A stretch of 64,000 bases of DNA from Candidatus Poribacteria bacterium (GCA_965204285.1 OZ241980.1:1733811-1797810), one strand, 5' to 3'. Counted from the first letter of the stretch, positions 38,317 through 48,448 are shown. Numbers and translations are program-made. Notes: generated from the letters alone by a model not told the origin.

Positions 38317-39147
38317 TCATTTTAAGAATTCTTGGAGCGGAGCATGCAGCCGTTGGGATGTAATTTGTTCATCTGTTGAATTATCTGGATCATCATTTTC
38401 CCACTCGTTTCGTTCAATTCCCATTGTGTAAACTGGTACGTCTACATCAGTATAACCAAGATATTGGAATCCCGCATTTTCAAAACAGGTAAGTGCAGCA
38501 TCGTTATCAGGTGAAACCTGTAAGGTGATATGAACAGCGTCCAACTCCTCAAAGGCATAACGCACCGTTTCCGTAAGTGCGTCTGTTCCGTAGCCACGAG
38601 AGCGATACCCAGACCGAATGATTACAAATTCCACTACAACAACATCAGCACTGCATCGGAGGAGCATAAATCCGAGCAGGAGTCGCGTGGTGTGTGTTTC
38701 AATTGAAAGTGCATGGGTTTCTGCATCCGCTGTCCAACGTTGCCAGTCTTCTACAAAGATTTCAAACGATATTTTTTCTGTATATAGCATACCTCTCATA
38801 TCGGGTTGATTTATCCATCCCCAAATTCGGCGTAGTTCATTCTGAGTTGTTAAACGGAGTTGAATTCCCCCACTTTGAAGACGCTCCAATTTGTGTAACT
38901 CACTCCGCAAATTCTCCAGCTGTGCCGAATGCATGTCAACTTGTACTTCCGCTGCACGCACTTTCCGCAGACTTGGGCTTTCCATGAACTGTGCTCGCTT
39001 CAGACGATTCTGAAAATATTTGAGTTTCTGCTCAGTTCTATCAATAATCTGCTGCAATCCATGTATAACACTTTTCCACTTATCTGGATCGGTGTTTGCG
39101 TCGTCGGTCAGATCGGTTTTTTCGGTTTTTATCTGTATTTCGTTCAT
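38317..39147 (-). CDS. GNAT family N-acetyltransferase with N-terminal coiled-coil extension
   Basis: C-terminal GNAT motifs (IIRSGYRSRGYGTDAL..AGFQYLG). The start is uncertain: the track ORF begins at 39270 but overlaps rsgA. An ATG at 39147 has a GGAAGG RBS. Confidence 0.5.
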   Translation of the reverse strand: MNEIQIKTEKTDLTDDANTDPDKWKSVIHGLQQIIDRTEQKLKYFQNRLKRAQFMESPSLRKVRAAEVQVDMHSAQLENLRSELHKLERLQSGGIQLRLTTQNELRRIWGWINQPDMRGMLYTEKISFEIFVEDWQRWTADAETHALSIETHTTRLLLGFMLLRCSADVVVVEFVIIRSGYRSRGYGTDALTETVRYAFEELDAVHITLQVSPDNDAALTCFENAGFQYLGYTDVDVPVYTMGIERNEWENDDPDNSTDEQITSQRLHAPLQEFLK

Positions 39148-40093
39148 ACCTTCCTTCCGTGAATCCCGAGATACGGAGGTAACTCTCATATCGGAGTGGA
39201 TTGATGTTCCCTGTTTCAACTGCTTGTTTGACTGCACAAGTAGGTTCGTGGTGATGTGTACATGCAGCATATTTACACTCCGGAATATAAGGACGCATCT
39301 CTGGAAAATGAATATCTAACCCTTGTTCATCGTCAATTTCAAGTAATCCGAGCGTACGAATACCTGGTGTGTCCGCAACGAAACCCCCAAATTCAAGTGG
39401 TAACAACATAACTTCTGTTGTGGTATGTTGTCCCTTGTGAATACGGGAGTCTACCTCGCCAATACGCAATTGCAGTCCAGGTTGTAACGTATTCAGTAAG
39501 GAAGATTTTCCCACGCCAGATGAACCAACAATTGCTGAAATTTTATCCTGCATGACTTCCCGCAAGTTGTCAATCCCGAAATCTGTCACGATACTTGTAT
39601 AAACAACTTTGTACCCTAATTCTTCGTATAAATTGAGTTCGCGTTGAACATTCTCCAATTTTGCCAAATCCATTTTGTTAATACAGATCACGGGTTCTAT
39701 ATTGGAAGCTTCTGCCGTGACAAGAAATCGATCAAGCATGCGCAATTTGAGTGTTGGGTGTCGTGCTGCGAAGATGATTAGCAACATCTCAAGATTCGCA
39801 ACAATAACTTGCCGCCAACCGTCCATGCGTGTTCGTCCGAATTGGGTTTGCCGTGGGAGGCACTCCTCAATGTAACCCGCGTTCTCTGTAGACACAGCGG
39901 CAGAAATACGGACTCGATCGCCAACAGCAACCAAATCGACATAAGGCATTTCTTTTGTTTCATTGAGACGATGCCTTTCCGCTTCAATGAGGTGATGGCG
40001 CAACGTACAGGTGTAGCACTGATTGCCAATCTGCACTTCATAAGCACCACCACGTGCTTTTATTACAATGCCTTCCATAACCATACAGTCCAA
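39080..40093 (-). CDS. rsgA: ribosome small-subunit-dependent GTPase A
   Basis: Circularly permuted GTPase (NKMDL, GSSGVGKSSL, DTPG) with a C-terminal CxxHHExxC zinc motif and a basic tail. Confidence 0.8.
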   Translation of the reverse strand: MDCMVMEGIVIKARGGAYEVQIGNQCYTCTLRHHLIEAERHRLNETKEMPYVDLVAVGDRVRISAAVSTENAGYIEECLPRQTQFGRTRMDGWRQVIVANLEMLLIIFAARHPTLKLRMLDRFLVTAEASNIEPVICINKMDLAKLENVQRELNLYEELGYKVVYTSIVTDFGIDNLREVMQDKISAIVGSSGVGKSSLLNTLQPGLQLRIGEVDSRIHKGQHTTTEVMLLPLEFGGFVADTPGIRTLGLLEIDDEQGLDIHFPEMRPYIPECKYAACTHHHEPTCAVKQAVETGNINPLRYESYLRISGFTEGRYERNTDKNRKNRSDRRRKHRSR

Positions 40094-40099
40094 ACAGTA

Positions 40100-40375
40100 T
40101 TATGCACCTGGATTCCGCCAGACAACTCGTCCGCGTGTGAGATCATAAGGAGAAAGTTCAACAGTAACCTGATCACCTGGAAGAACCCAGATATTGTGTT
40201 GCATCATTTTGCCAGCAAGGTACGCCACAACTTTGTGATCGTTCTCTGTCAACTCTACACTAAATAGGTTTCCCGGTAGAGATTCTAAAACGACACCAGG
40301 CACACGAATGGCTGAATCTTTTGTTGATTCCAAACGTTCTTGCGTTGTATCTTGTGTTTTGCCTTTATTTTTCAT
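40100..40375 (-). CDS. infA: translation initiation factor IF-1
   Basis: [16 protein letters not shown]...GKM...[20 protein letters not shown]. The N-terminal extension suggests the true start may lie downstream. Confidence 0.75.
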   Translation of the reverse strand: MKNKGKTQDTTQERLESTKDSAIRVPGVVLESLPGNLFSVELTENDHKVVAYLAGKMMQHNIWVLPGDQVTVELSPYDLTRGRVVWRNPGA

Positions 40376-40696
40376 CTTTTACTCCTTCTTCGATGAGTTG
40401 CCATCGCTGTAAATGTGACATTTGGACAATTTGATTAATTTACTTGAATGTTAATTCTCAATATTGATTCGCAATATACTACGAACCACTATTTATTCTG
40501 AGGTGGATTTTATGAGACTGGTACAAATAAGGAATAGGTAGTTAATCTTTAAGTAAGAATTAATCTTTACTTAACACACTGTTGGATGCACTTTGTTAAC
40601 GAATTGTTTAATAAAAAAGTTGACATACCCCTTAAAAGTTGATAAGATATTGGAATATTTCGTTACTCAAAAGGTCGTATTCAAGGAGAAGAAATA

Positions 40697-41500
40697 ATGA
40701 ACCAAGCGTTACCACTCATAGCATATCCTGACCTTGAAAACCAGGTCAGCGCAATGGAAGAAGATGGATATGCGTATCTGCCGCAAGTTATTAATGTGGA
40801 AGAACTTGCAGAACTCCGCGACGCAATGGATAGGTTAACAGCAAATCCTGAGAGTTTTGATAGACACAGTGTGCCAGAAAATGGAGAAGGTTTTCTTAAC
40901 AAGCATATAAATAACGCCTTTAATCGTGATTCAGTTTTCTTACATTACCTTGACAAGTCACCTGTGATTGAGTTAGCGGAAGCGGTTCACGGCGGCGATT
41001 GCCATGTGATTGGAATGACAGCATGGATGACAGGTCCTGGCCGTCCCGACCAGGGGTTACATTCAGATTGGGTGCCTATCTCGCTCCCTGCTGAAGTTTT
41101 AGAAGACCCTCGTATTAAAGTGCCAATTTACATCACAACTGCCCACTACTACCTTGATGACCTTTATGAAGACCTTGGTCCAACGAAGTTTGTCCCCGGC
41201 AGCCATCTTTCTGGGTGTAGACCTGATGGCGAAACGGAATGGAAAGGGGCAAAGGAACAGAGCATTCTCTGCAATGCAGGCGACGTCGTAATCTTCAGGA
41301 GTGAAGTCTGGCATAGAGGCACTGCAAACCGTAGTGATCAAACCCGCTATTTGCTACAGGTGCATTACGCCAATAGAATGATAACACAGAAATTCCCACC
41401 CTATTTGAATCGGTTTCAGTTCGATGAATCGATTTTAGAACAGGCGACAGAACGCCAACAGCGACTGATGGGAAATCATCGTCCGGGTGCCTATGATTAA
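40697..41500 (+). CDS. phytanoyl-CoA dioxygenase (PhyH) family Fe(II)/2OG oxygenase
   Basis: HSDW..P...H..RG pattern typical of PhyH. AAGGAG RBS. Confidence 0.6.
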   Translation: MNQALPLIAYPDLENQVSAMEEDGYAYLPQVINVEELAELRDAMDRLTANPESFDRHSVPENGEGFLNKHINNAFNRDSVFLHYLDKSPVIELAEAVHGGDCHVIGMTAWMTGPGRPDQGLHSDWVPISLPAEVLEDPRIKVPIYITTAHYYLDDLYEDLGPTKFVPGSHLSGCRPDGETEWKGAKEQSILCNAGDVVIFRSEVWHRGTANRSDQTRYLLQVHYANRMITQKFPPYLNRFQFDESILEQATERQQRLMGNHRPGAYD

Positions 41501-41553
41501 TATAACGGGTAGATTTTCAGCCATCGAACCTCGGATGAGGACATCAGTCTCTT

Positions 41554-42474
41554 TTGAATAGAAAAGAAACCATTGGGACATCACCAAGTCAACATGTTAT
41601 CAGCGAAGACCCCTACGGGAAGATTATTGCCCTCAGTTTGCTCCTCGCTTTTCTCTGGGGCGGAAATTCACCTGCGATTAAAGTTGGTTTGGAAGACTTG
41701 CCCCCGATGGCATTGGCATTTTTTCGTTTTGTTATTGGCCTCGTCGTTGTTGGAGGCTGGGCACTCTATCGTCGTATTCCGCTTGGGTTAAACCGAGGGG
41801 AATTCTCCCGCCTGCTATTACTCACCGTCATCTTCATATCCCAAATCATCGTGTTGAACACTGGCACCATGTTTACGACGGCTTCACGTTCAACTATTTT
41901 CGTGAATGTATATCCATTCTTTACAGCGCTTTTTGCACATTTCTGGATTCCGGGCGAACGACTGTCTATTCCAAAGACGTTGGGAATTATTATTGCTTTC
42001 AGCGGAGTGTTTGTAACCGTCGCGCCAGATCTCGGAAACGGTGAAACAAACATCCTTGGAGACCTCTTGGTGCTTACGAGCGGATGTTTCTTAGGACTCC
42101 GAGTTGTCGTGACGAAACTTTTAGTCCAATCAATTCACCCATATAGACTCTTGGTCTGGTATTTAAGTTTGAGTCTACCGGTTTATGCTATATTGAGTTT
42201 GCTGTTTGAAAGCAACATGACATTCCAATTAACACGCGCAAGCAGCGCAGCGCTCCTTTATCAAGGCGGCGTTATCGCTGGTTTCTGTTTTTTAGCGTGG
42301 ACGGCAATTCTTGAAAGATATAGTGCAAGCAAACTTGTTGTACTCTTTTTTGTTACACCTCTGTCAGGAGTACTGTTTAGCCACCTGTTTTTAGATGATG
42401 AATTGACGTTTAGTCTGTTAGCTGGCGCTGTTCTTGTTGCTGGTGGTATCTATCTTGTAAATATGCGGCGTTGA
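41554..42474 (+). CDS. DMT (EamA-like) family transporter
   Basis: Ten predicted TM segments and a duplicated EamA pattern. TTG start is uncertain. Confidence 0.6.
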   Translation: MNRKETIGTSPSQHVISEDPYGKIIALSLLLAFLWGGNSPAIKVGLEDLPPMALAFFRFVIGLVVVGGWALYRRIPLGLNRGEFSRLLLLTVIFISQIIVLNTGTMFTTASRSTIFVNVYPFFTALFAHFWIPGERLSIPKTLGIIIAFSGVFVTVAPDLGNGETNILGDLLVLTSGCFLGLRVVVTKLLVQSIHPYRLLVWYLSLSLPVYAILSLLFESNMTFQLTRASSAALLYQGGVIAGFCFLAWTAILERYSASKLVVLFFVTPLSGVLFSHLFLDDELTFSLLAGAVLVAGGIYLVNMRR

Positions 42475-42502
42475 TGTCTTGTGTAGATTTCTTACTTTAT
42501 TC

Positions 42503-43003
42503 TTATGACAAATTGATGAGGGTATCTAAAGCAGCTTGGGTATCGGTTTCAGGATCAAACGTGAGCATTCTTTCACTTCTCGCTGCTCTAATCAGCCGTT
42601 TATCGGAACTGACCAAAATCAGTCTATGTCCATCTGGTCGTAAATCATTTGCGTAATCAATTGCACATTGAAGGATGATTGCATCTGTGCTATTGATAGA
42701 ATGCTTTTCAATGAGTTCCCATGAGTCAGTTATTTGATCTTCGGTTGGGAATACATGTTCTATTTCGGAGCGACTGGTAAATTCTTCCTCAAAGTGTCGC
42801 CTTATCTGATTGAAAAACGTTGTAGTAATTTTACCTTCGTTCCTACGGCGAACAAAGACGAAAATAATTTCTCCTGCACCTTCAAACAAGCATACCATAC
42901 GGCCTAACGGAACAAACTCAAAAAGGTGATTGACTAAAGACGACCCTTTCTCAGCAATGTACCGTTTGGCGTATGCATTTGCATCTAACCAAAAGAAATT
43001 CAC
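42503..43003 (-). CDS. PIN-domain toxin (VapC-like)
   Basis: N-terminal FWLDANA with downstream acidic residues (DAIIL, SSDKRL). Confidence 0.55.
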   Translation of the reverse strand: MNFFWLDANAYAKRYIAEKGSSLVNHLFEFVPLGRMVCLFEGAGEIIFVFVRRRNEGKITTTFFNQIRRHFEEEFTSRSEIEHVFPTEDQITDSWELIEKHSINSTDAIILQCAIDYANDLRPDGHRLILVSSDKRLIRAARSERMLTFDPETDTQAALDTLINLS

Positions 43004-43329
43004 TCGCTTCGCTTCTCCCGCTCTTCAATAATAGCACTACTAAAAAGATTGTCTTCTGGGTTTATCCCCTCCTCCAAAGAAAGTTGCTGAAGTTCCTCTG
43101 CTGTAAGAGATTCAACGTCCGGATTTGGTTTTCCAAGTGCTTTTTCAATTAATGGGCGCCGCCTTTCATTTTGTGCCCGCACGCGAGCTAAGCGAGCGGC
43201 TTGGTACTCTTCGGGCGTGAGGGACTTCATTAAAGGTGCTTGAAGTTTTTCTAACTCCTTTTTGACCTCTGCTAAATCCCATTCAAGTTGCTCTATTTTT
43301 ATCAGTAGTTTCGTTATAGGTAGTATCAT
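43000..43329 (-). CDS. putative antitoxin partner of PIN toxin (coiled-coil, no HTH recognised)
   Basis: 109 aa ORF with a 4-bp overlap upstream of the PIN gene. Confidence 0.4.
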   Translation of the reverse strand: MILPITKLLIKIEQLEWDLAEVKKELEKLQAPLMKSLTPEEYQAARLARVRAQNERRRPLIEKALGKPNPDVESLTAEELQQLSLEEGINPEDNLFSSAIIEEREKRSE

Positions 43330-43436
43330 GAGTGTTTCCTCATTTAGTGTAGGTAAGGTGCGTCATGTCAATTACCTACCGTTGATCAGATATAAGGTGA
43401 GACACAAAACCCACCATATCAGGCAAGAAATAGCGT

Positions 43437-44060
43437 TTAACTACGTATCTGCTCATTTAAAGTCGCAGGATAAATCTCAAGATCGGAACGCGATATGAGC
43501 ATACCAACGTAAAAGGTAAGCCATGTCCCACAGAGTTCAATAGACATCAATTCCTCAGCATCGTTGATGTATTCATGAAGTTCTATCTCAAATTCCTCTT
43601 TTCCCTGTGCATCGGTAACGATAAGTTTTGCTGAGACAATCTCCTGTCGATTGTAGACAACAGCGATTTCCTCGTCCTCATTTTCAGGGTCAGGATAATA
43701 GAGCGTCATCTCATCTGGTAACGGGTCTTCAAGTTCTTGTTCACCATCAACAATCCACCGCGATATTTCGTACCCATCCTTTGTGCCAGCAATGTGATCA
43801 ACCCCAACCACAAGCTCATCCTCTACATCGCGGACATGATACATATAGCGGAGAAGACCATCTCCTTCGTATTTCTTTCGCGTATAGAGCGTAAAGGCAT
43901 GTGAGGTATCACCTGTCTCCTGATATGTTGTCAGATCAGAGAGTTCAATGATGCTTTCAATCGGAATGTCTACCAACTCATGCCGTTCCGGCTTTTTATC
44001 CTTTTCCTCTTTCCGTTTACCAAAAAGAGATTTTCCCTCTTTTTTTCCGAATAGTGCCAT
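43437..44060 (-). CDS. hypothetical acidic protein
   Basis: 207 aa ORF with an AGGTGG RBS. Confidence 0.45.
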   Translation of the reverse strand: MALFGKKEGKSLFGKRKEEKDKKPERHELVDIPIESIIELSDLTTYQETGDTSHAFTLYTRKKYEGDGLLRYMYHVRDVEDELVVGVDHIAGTKDGYEISRWIVDGEQELEDPLPDEMTLYYPDPENEDEEIAVVYNRQEIVSAKLIVTDAQGKEEFEIELHEYINDAEELMSIELCGTWLTFYVGMLISRSDLEIYPATLNEQIRS

Positions 44061-44068
44061 ATCACCAC

Positions 44069-45169
44069 CTAAAAATAACCTTTGTTATACAATACCAACA
44101 TAATAACACCAACGATGAGAAGACTTCCAAATATGAGAACGAACCACGTCGCGCCCGAGGTTTTCTTCTCTACGATAACCCTTTGGGGTTGCGGTGGTGC
44201 GCGCTGCGAATTAGAGGTTACAGTCGGTGTTTCAGCAGATGCAAGAAGTTCCTGTTTTATTGCTTCTTCGTCAGGGAGTTCCTCAACAGTGACAACCTCT
44301 ACATCGTCCGCATAAAACTTATCTGGATTCTCTTCTACATAACTTGCGACGTAATCTTCATCACGATTTGTGCCAGGATCTACATAATTCGGATTCTGTT
44401 CAACGCCTTGGCTTTCGTAATACTCTTTATAAAACTCGTACTCTTCCTGCTTCTCTTTACTCCAATGTGATCGATCGTAATCCCGATGATGGTAGTGCCA
44501 CAAGTAGCTGTGACGAATAGAATGATTGTAGTAGTCATGGAAATAGAGACCAAACATGAGGTTATTAAATGCCATGGAGGCGTGAAGACTGTAAATTGAA
44601 TAACCATGCACAGGATAGTAACCACCAAAGTTGTTCACTGTAATAGTTGAACGTTGTTGCCTACGAGCCGTGGCAGTCTGTCGGTTTGCATTCGTGACCT
44701 GTCGTTTCAAACTGCGGTTTTCCGCCTTTAATTGCCGCGTCTGTTTCCGACTCTGGGCTGTGGTTGCGCGCTGCTGACTTCGCGTAGCAGTACTCTTTCG
44801 TGCTGACGTTGTATTCGTTGTCTTGGCACGATTTGTTGCGGTCTGTTTCTGACGTGCTGCTGTGCTGCCGCGCGTAGAGGTGGTTTTTGATGTGCGACTT
44901 CCGTAGCTGCTGCTTGTGCTTCGCGTGCTGCGTGTTGGCGTAGAACTTTTCGGTTTACTGTAACTCCTTGAACTTGAACTGCGACTGTAACTACGGCTTG
45001 AACTTCTGCTGAAGCTACGACCAAAACTGCGACCACCGCCGAAACCGCCACGGCGGCTTTCTACCACATCGGGGGCAACACTGAATAAGAAGATAATGAC
45101 CGCAGCAAATGACAATATACGTTTACAAGCTGCCCCACTATTTGAAAGTTGCTGAAATATACGTTTCAT
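44069..45169 (-). CDS. S/T/R-rich low-complexity protein with signal/TM at both ends
   Basis: Start at MKRIF with a GGAGG RBS. Long RS/ST-rich tract, then an H/Y-rich segment and a C-terminal TM helix. Confidence 0.45.
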   Translation of the reverse strand: MKRIFQQLSNSGAACKRILSFAAVIIFLFSVAPDVVESRRGGFGGGRSFGRSFSRSSSRSYSRSSSSRSYSKPKSSTPTRSTRSTSSSYGSRTSKTTSTRGSTAARQKQTATNRAKTTNTTSARKSTATRSQQRATTAQSRKQTRQLKAENRSLKRQVTNANRQTATARRQQRSTITVNNFGGYYPVHGYSIYSLHASMAFNNLMFGLYFHDYYNHSIRHSYLWHYHHRDYDRSHWSKEKQEEYEFYKEYYESQGVEQNPNYVDPGTNRDEDYVASYVEENPDKFYADDVEVVTVEELPDEEAIKQELLASAETPTVTSNSQRAPPQPQRVIVEKKTSGATWFVLIFGSLLIVGVIMLVLYNKGYF

Positions 45170-45254
45170 ACTGAGATTCCTCCGCAGTGTTTTGTACAAA
45201 ACACTTGACAAAAATATCCGAATTTGTTACACTATTAAAACTTATTTAAAATAT

Positions 45255-45328
<74 letters not shown>

Positions 45329-45444
45329 TTTTTATTCCGATCGGTTAGGAAAACCCTTTTTAATTCTATCTATCACGCAATTAATTATTGATATTAATGT
45401 TATCATGAATAGGAATGCGTGTCAAGGATATTGAAAGGATAAAT

Positions 45445-46323
45445 ATGGCACTTGACGTACGTGATCCACGTTTATTAGATTTAGTCGATTCAGAATCAGA
45501 TGTAAAACAATTAGCAACCGGATGCCAATTTACCGAAGGACCACTCTGGCATTCTATCGGAAGGTATCTGCTTTTCAGCGATATTCCTGCAAACAAAATA
45601 CGGCGATGGGATGAGCAATCCGGCATGACGATCTTTAGGGATCCATCAGGAAAGTCAAACGGCTTAACTTTTGATAAAGGCGGTCACCTAATTGCTTGCG
45701 AGCATGACAACCGCCGTGTGTCCCGAACAACAGCAGATGGAGAGCTGCTAACGATTGCTTCACATTATGAAGGTAAACGTCTGAACAGTCCCAACGATAT
45801 TGTTGTCAAATCCGATGGAAGCATCTATTTTACCGATCCTCCGTATGGGCTATCTTCAAAGGCTAAATCCGAAAAAGAACTTGATTTTCATGGTGTCTAC
45901 CGCTTGTCGCCCGATGGGGAAACGTTGACACTGCTTGTTGATGATTTTGATAGACCCAACGGTATCTGCTTTTCACCAGATGAGTCTATCCTTTATATTA
46001 ATGATACCAAACGCATGCATATACGTGCGTTTGATGTGCAACCTGATGGCACAATAGCAAATGGGCGCGTTTTCGCTGAAGAAGAAGGAGACAACGGAGT
46101 GCCGGACGGCATGAAAGTAGATGTGAAAGGAAATGTTTATCTAACAGGACCAAACGGTATTTGGATATTCGCGCCAGATTCCACACATCTTGGCATCATT
46201 CTTGTCCCGGAACGTTGCGCGAATCTCGCATGGGGTGGAGATTATTGGAAAAGCCTTTTTATCACAGCAAGCACATCCGTCTATCGCATAGAATGTAAAG
46301 TAGAAGGGATAGCGGTGTCGTAA
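45445..46323 (+). CDS. SMP-30/gluconolactonase/LRE family protein
   Basis: Six-bladed propeller motifs (EGPLW, PNG, PDG). The start is placed at the ATG with an AAGGA RBS (track start 45415). Confidence 0.65.
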   Translation: MALDVRDPRLLDLVDSESDVKQLATGCQFTEGPLWHSIGRYLLFSDIPANKIRRWDEQSGMTIFRDPSGKSNGLTFDKGGHLIACEHDNRRVSRTTADGELLTIASHYEGKRLNSPNDIVVKSDGSIYFTDPPYGLSSKAKSEKELDFHGVYRLSPDGETLTLLVDDFDRPNGICFSPDESILYINDTKRMHIRAFDVQPDGTIANGRVFAEEEGDNGVPDGMKVDVKGNVYLTGPNGIWIFAPDSTHLGIILVPERCANLAWGGDYWKSLFITASTSVYRIECKVEGIAVS

Positions 46324-46754
46324 TGGAGGTAAAAATCAAACGGGTTGATAAATCTCTGCCACTGCCGAAATACGAAACCAACGGTTCTGTCGGATTTGAT
46401 CTAATCTGCCGAGAATCAGCGGAAATTGCGCCACAAGAGATTGTCTTAATCCCAGCAAACGTTATTGTGGAAACCCCTCCCGGCTACATGCTGATGTTAT
46501 GTATGCGCAGTAGCACACCACGTAAATTCGGTTTGATGATGGCACAAGGTTTAGGTATCATTGATAACGACTACTGTGGCGAAGAGGATGAACTAAAAAT
46601 TCAGGTTTACAACTTCACCGATGAACCTGTAACGATTGAAAAAGGCAGTCGGATTGCACAAGCGATTTTTGTCCGTGTAGGGACGGCTGAATGGAACGAA
46701 GTAGATCAGATGGGCGGGCCATCTCGTGGAGGATTCGGTAGCACAGGTAAGTAA
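46323..46754 (+). CDS. dut: dUTP diphosphatase
   Basis: GSVGFDL, RSS, GIIDNDY and C-terminal GGFGSTG motifs. Confidence 0.8.
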   Translation: MEVKIKRVDKSLPLPKYETNGSVGFDLICRESAEIAPQEIVLIPANVIVETPPGYMLMLCMRSSTPRKFGLMMAQGLGIIDNDYCGEEDELKIQVYNFTDEPVTIEKGSRIAQAIFVRVGTAEWNEVDQMGGPSRGGFGSTGK

Positions 46755-46918
46755 CTTTATGCTCCCAAATACGTTTTTATAGTGGATAAATCATCTATGG
46801 TGAATTATAAAAATAATAGACACTTTCGTCCACGGTAGACGAGGTTTCCTAACCTCGTCGGTGCAGAGTGTCCAAGTAATTCTTACATCTACTATATTAA
46901 GGGAGCTTAGTCGTAAAC

Positions 46919-47716
46919 ATGAAACAGTATCTTGAAGGACTACAACAGATATTAGATGCAGGTGTTGACCGTGATGGTAGAAATGGCAAAACCCGTGCCC
47001 TTTTCGGCATGCAGATGCGGTACAATCTGGAAGATGGGTTTCCTGCAGTAACCACAAAGAAACTCGCTTTCCGATCAGTCAAAGCGGAACTATTGGGTTT
47101 TTTGCGAGGCTATGATCACGTCAAACAGTTTCAGGAACTCGGCACACAGATATGGAACGCAAACGCCGCTGCGTGGGGGCGTGACGGCGCACTCGGTTGT
47201 ATTTACGGCGTTCAATGGCGCAGGTGGCGAAAAGAAAACGGCAGAATTGATCAGTTGGCTGAAGTAATTGAACAACTTAAGATAAATCCGTATAGTCGTA
47301 GACACATCGTTACCGCGTGGAATCCGGGTGAGTTAGATCAAATGGCGTTGGCACCGTGTCACATGTTCTTCCAATTCTTTGTAGCAGATGGCAAACTGTC
47401 TTTACAGATGTATCAACGTAGTTGTGATATGTTTCTTGGTGTGCCTTTTAATATTGCATCCTATTCACTACTGCTATCCATGGTAGCACAGATAACTGAC
47501 CTTCAACCGAGCGAATTTATCCACGTTTTAGGCGATGCACATATTTATCACGCGCATTTTGACCAAGTTAAAACCCAACTCCAACGGCAACCCTACCCAC
47601 TGCCAGAACTCGTCCTAAACACCGATATTACCTCAATTGACAATTTCAAAATCCAGGATTTGCAGTTACACAACTATCAGCACCACGATGCAATTCGCGC
47701 CAAAATGATTGTCTAA
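46919..47716 (+). CDS. thyA: thymidylate synthase
   Basis: LAPCHMFFQFFV active-site region and conserved ThyA blocks. Confidence 0.85.
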   Translation: MKQYLEGLQQILDAGVDRDGRNGKTRALFGMQMRYNLEDGFPAVTTKKLAFRSVKAELLGFLRGYDHVKQFQELGTQIWNANAAAWGRDGALGCIYGVQWRRWRKENGRIDQLAEVIEQLKINPYSRRHIVTAWNPGELDQMALAPCHMFFQFFVADGKLSLQMYQRSCDMFLGVPFNIASYSLLLSMVAQITDLQPSEFIHVLGDAHIYHAHFDQVKTQLQRQPYPLPELVLNTDITSIDNFKIQDLQLHNYQHHDAIRAKMIV

Positions 47717-47725
47717 CAAAGAAGA

Positions 47726-48448
47726 ATGATGCGAATAATTTTCACGATACTTATTGCAATTTCGCTCACAAGCTGCGAACCGACAGATACCAAACCTTTT
47801 GCTGATGTAGTTAGTTTCGGGCATGGCAACTTCATTTCTGTATATTTGATTATGCAGAGTCAAGTCGAATCCACAAATGTTGAAACTACTGCCAAGGGAC
47901 TCAACATAGAAATTAATCAAACCAAACGTGGAATTGAAACCACTACTGTTGATATTGTGAATAATGTCCTGCATGCAGGTGATAATTCTATAGAACTAAT
48001 TGAAGCCGCCAAAAACTTGTTGCTTATTGGAATTGGAAAAGTAGAAGATACGGTCATTCTTCAATTCCAAAAGACATTCGCAAAGGAGCCACAGCCACAA
48101 CGCTTTCCATCAGGGCATGTCATCGCTGAAAATTATACGACACGGAATGGAGATCGCATGAAGTTCAGAGGATTCCGAAGTGAAAACAAATTATCTCTTG
48201 TTTTGTCTGTTCAGCCTAAGGACATTGACTTCAAGCAAAAAATCTCCGATGTTCCAATAAACCTATTCGATTTCACTAACAATGCGTTCAATGTGGAATT
48301 TAATATAGGCACACGAATGATTAAACACAGTTTTCCACTTGAAAAAATCGTGAATGCCAATGAAAAAGTTCATAATAATGGCATAAGTTTGCATTCTGGA
48401 TCAAGACTAATCATGGGTTCTATCTTTCATATAACTTCTGTGAACTAA
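47726..48448 (+). CDS. lipoprotein, hypothetical
   Basis: Signal peptide with a lipobox LTSC. Confidence 0.45.
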   Translation: MMRIIFTILIAISLTSCEPTDTKPFADVVSFGHGNFISVYLIMQSQVESTNVETTAKGLNIEINQTKRGIETTTVDIVNNVLHAGDNSIELIEAAKNLLLIGIGKVEDTVILQFQKTFAKEPQPQRFPSGHVIAENYTTRNGDRMKFRGFRSENKLSLVLSVQPKDIDFKQKISDVPINLFDFTNNAFNVEFNIGTRMIKHSFPLEKIVNANEKVHNNGISLHSGSRLIMGSIFHITSVN

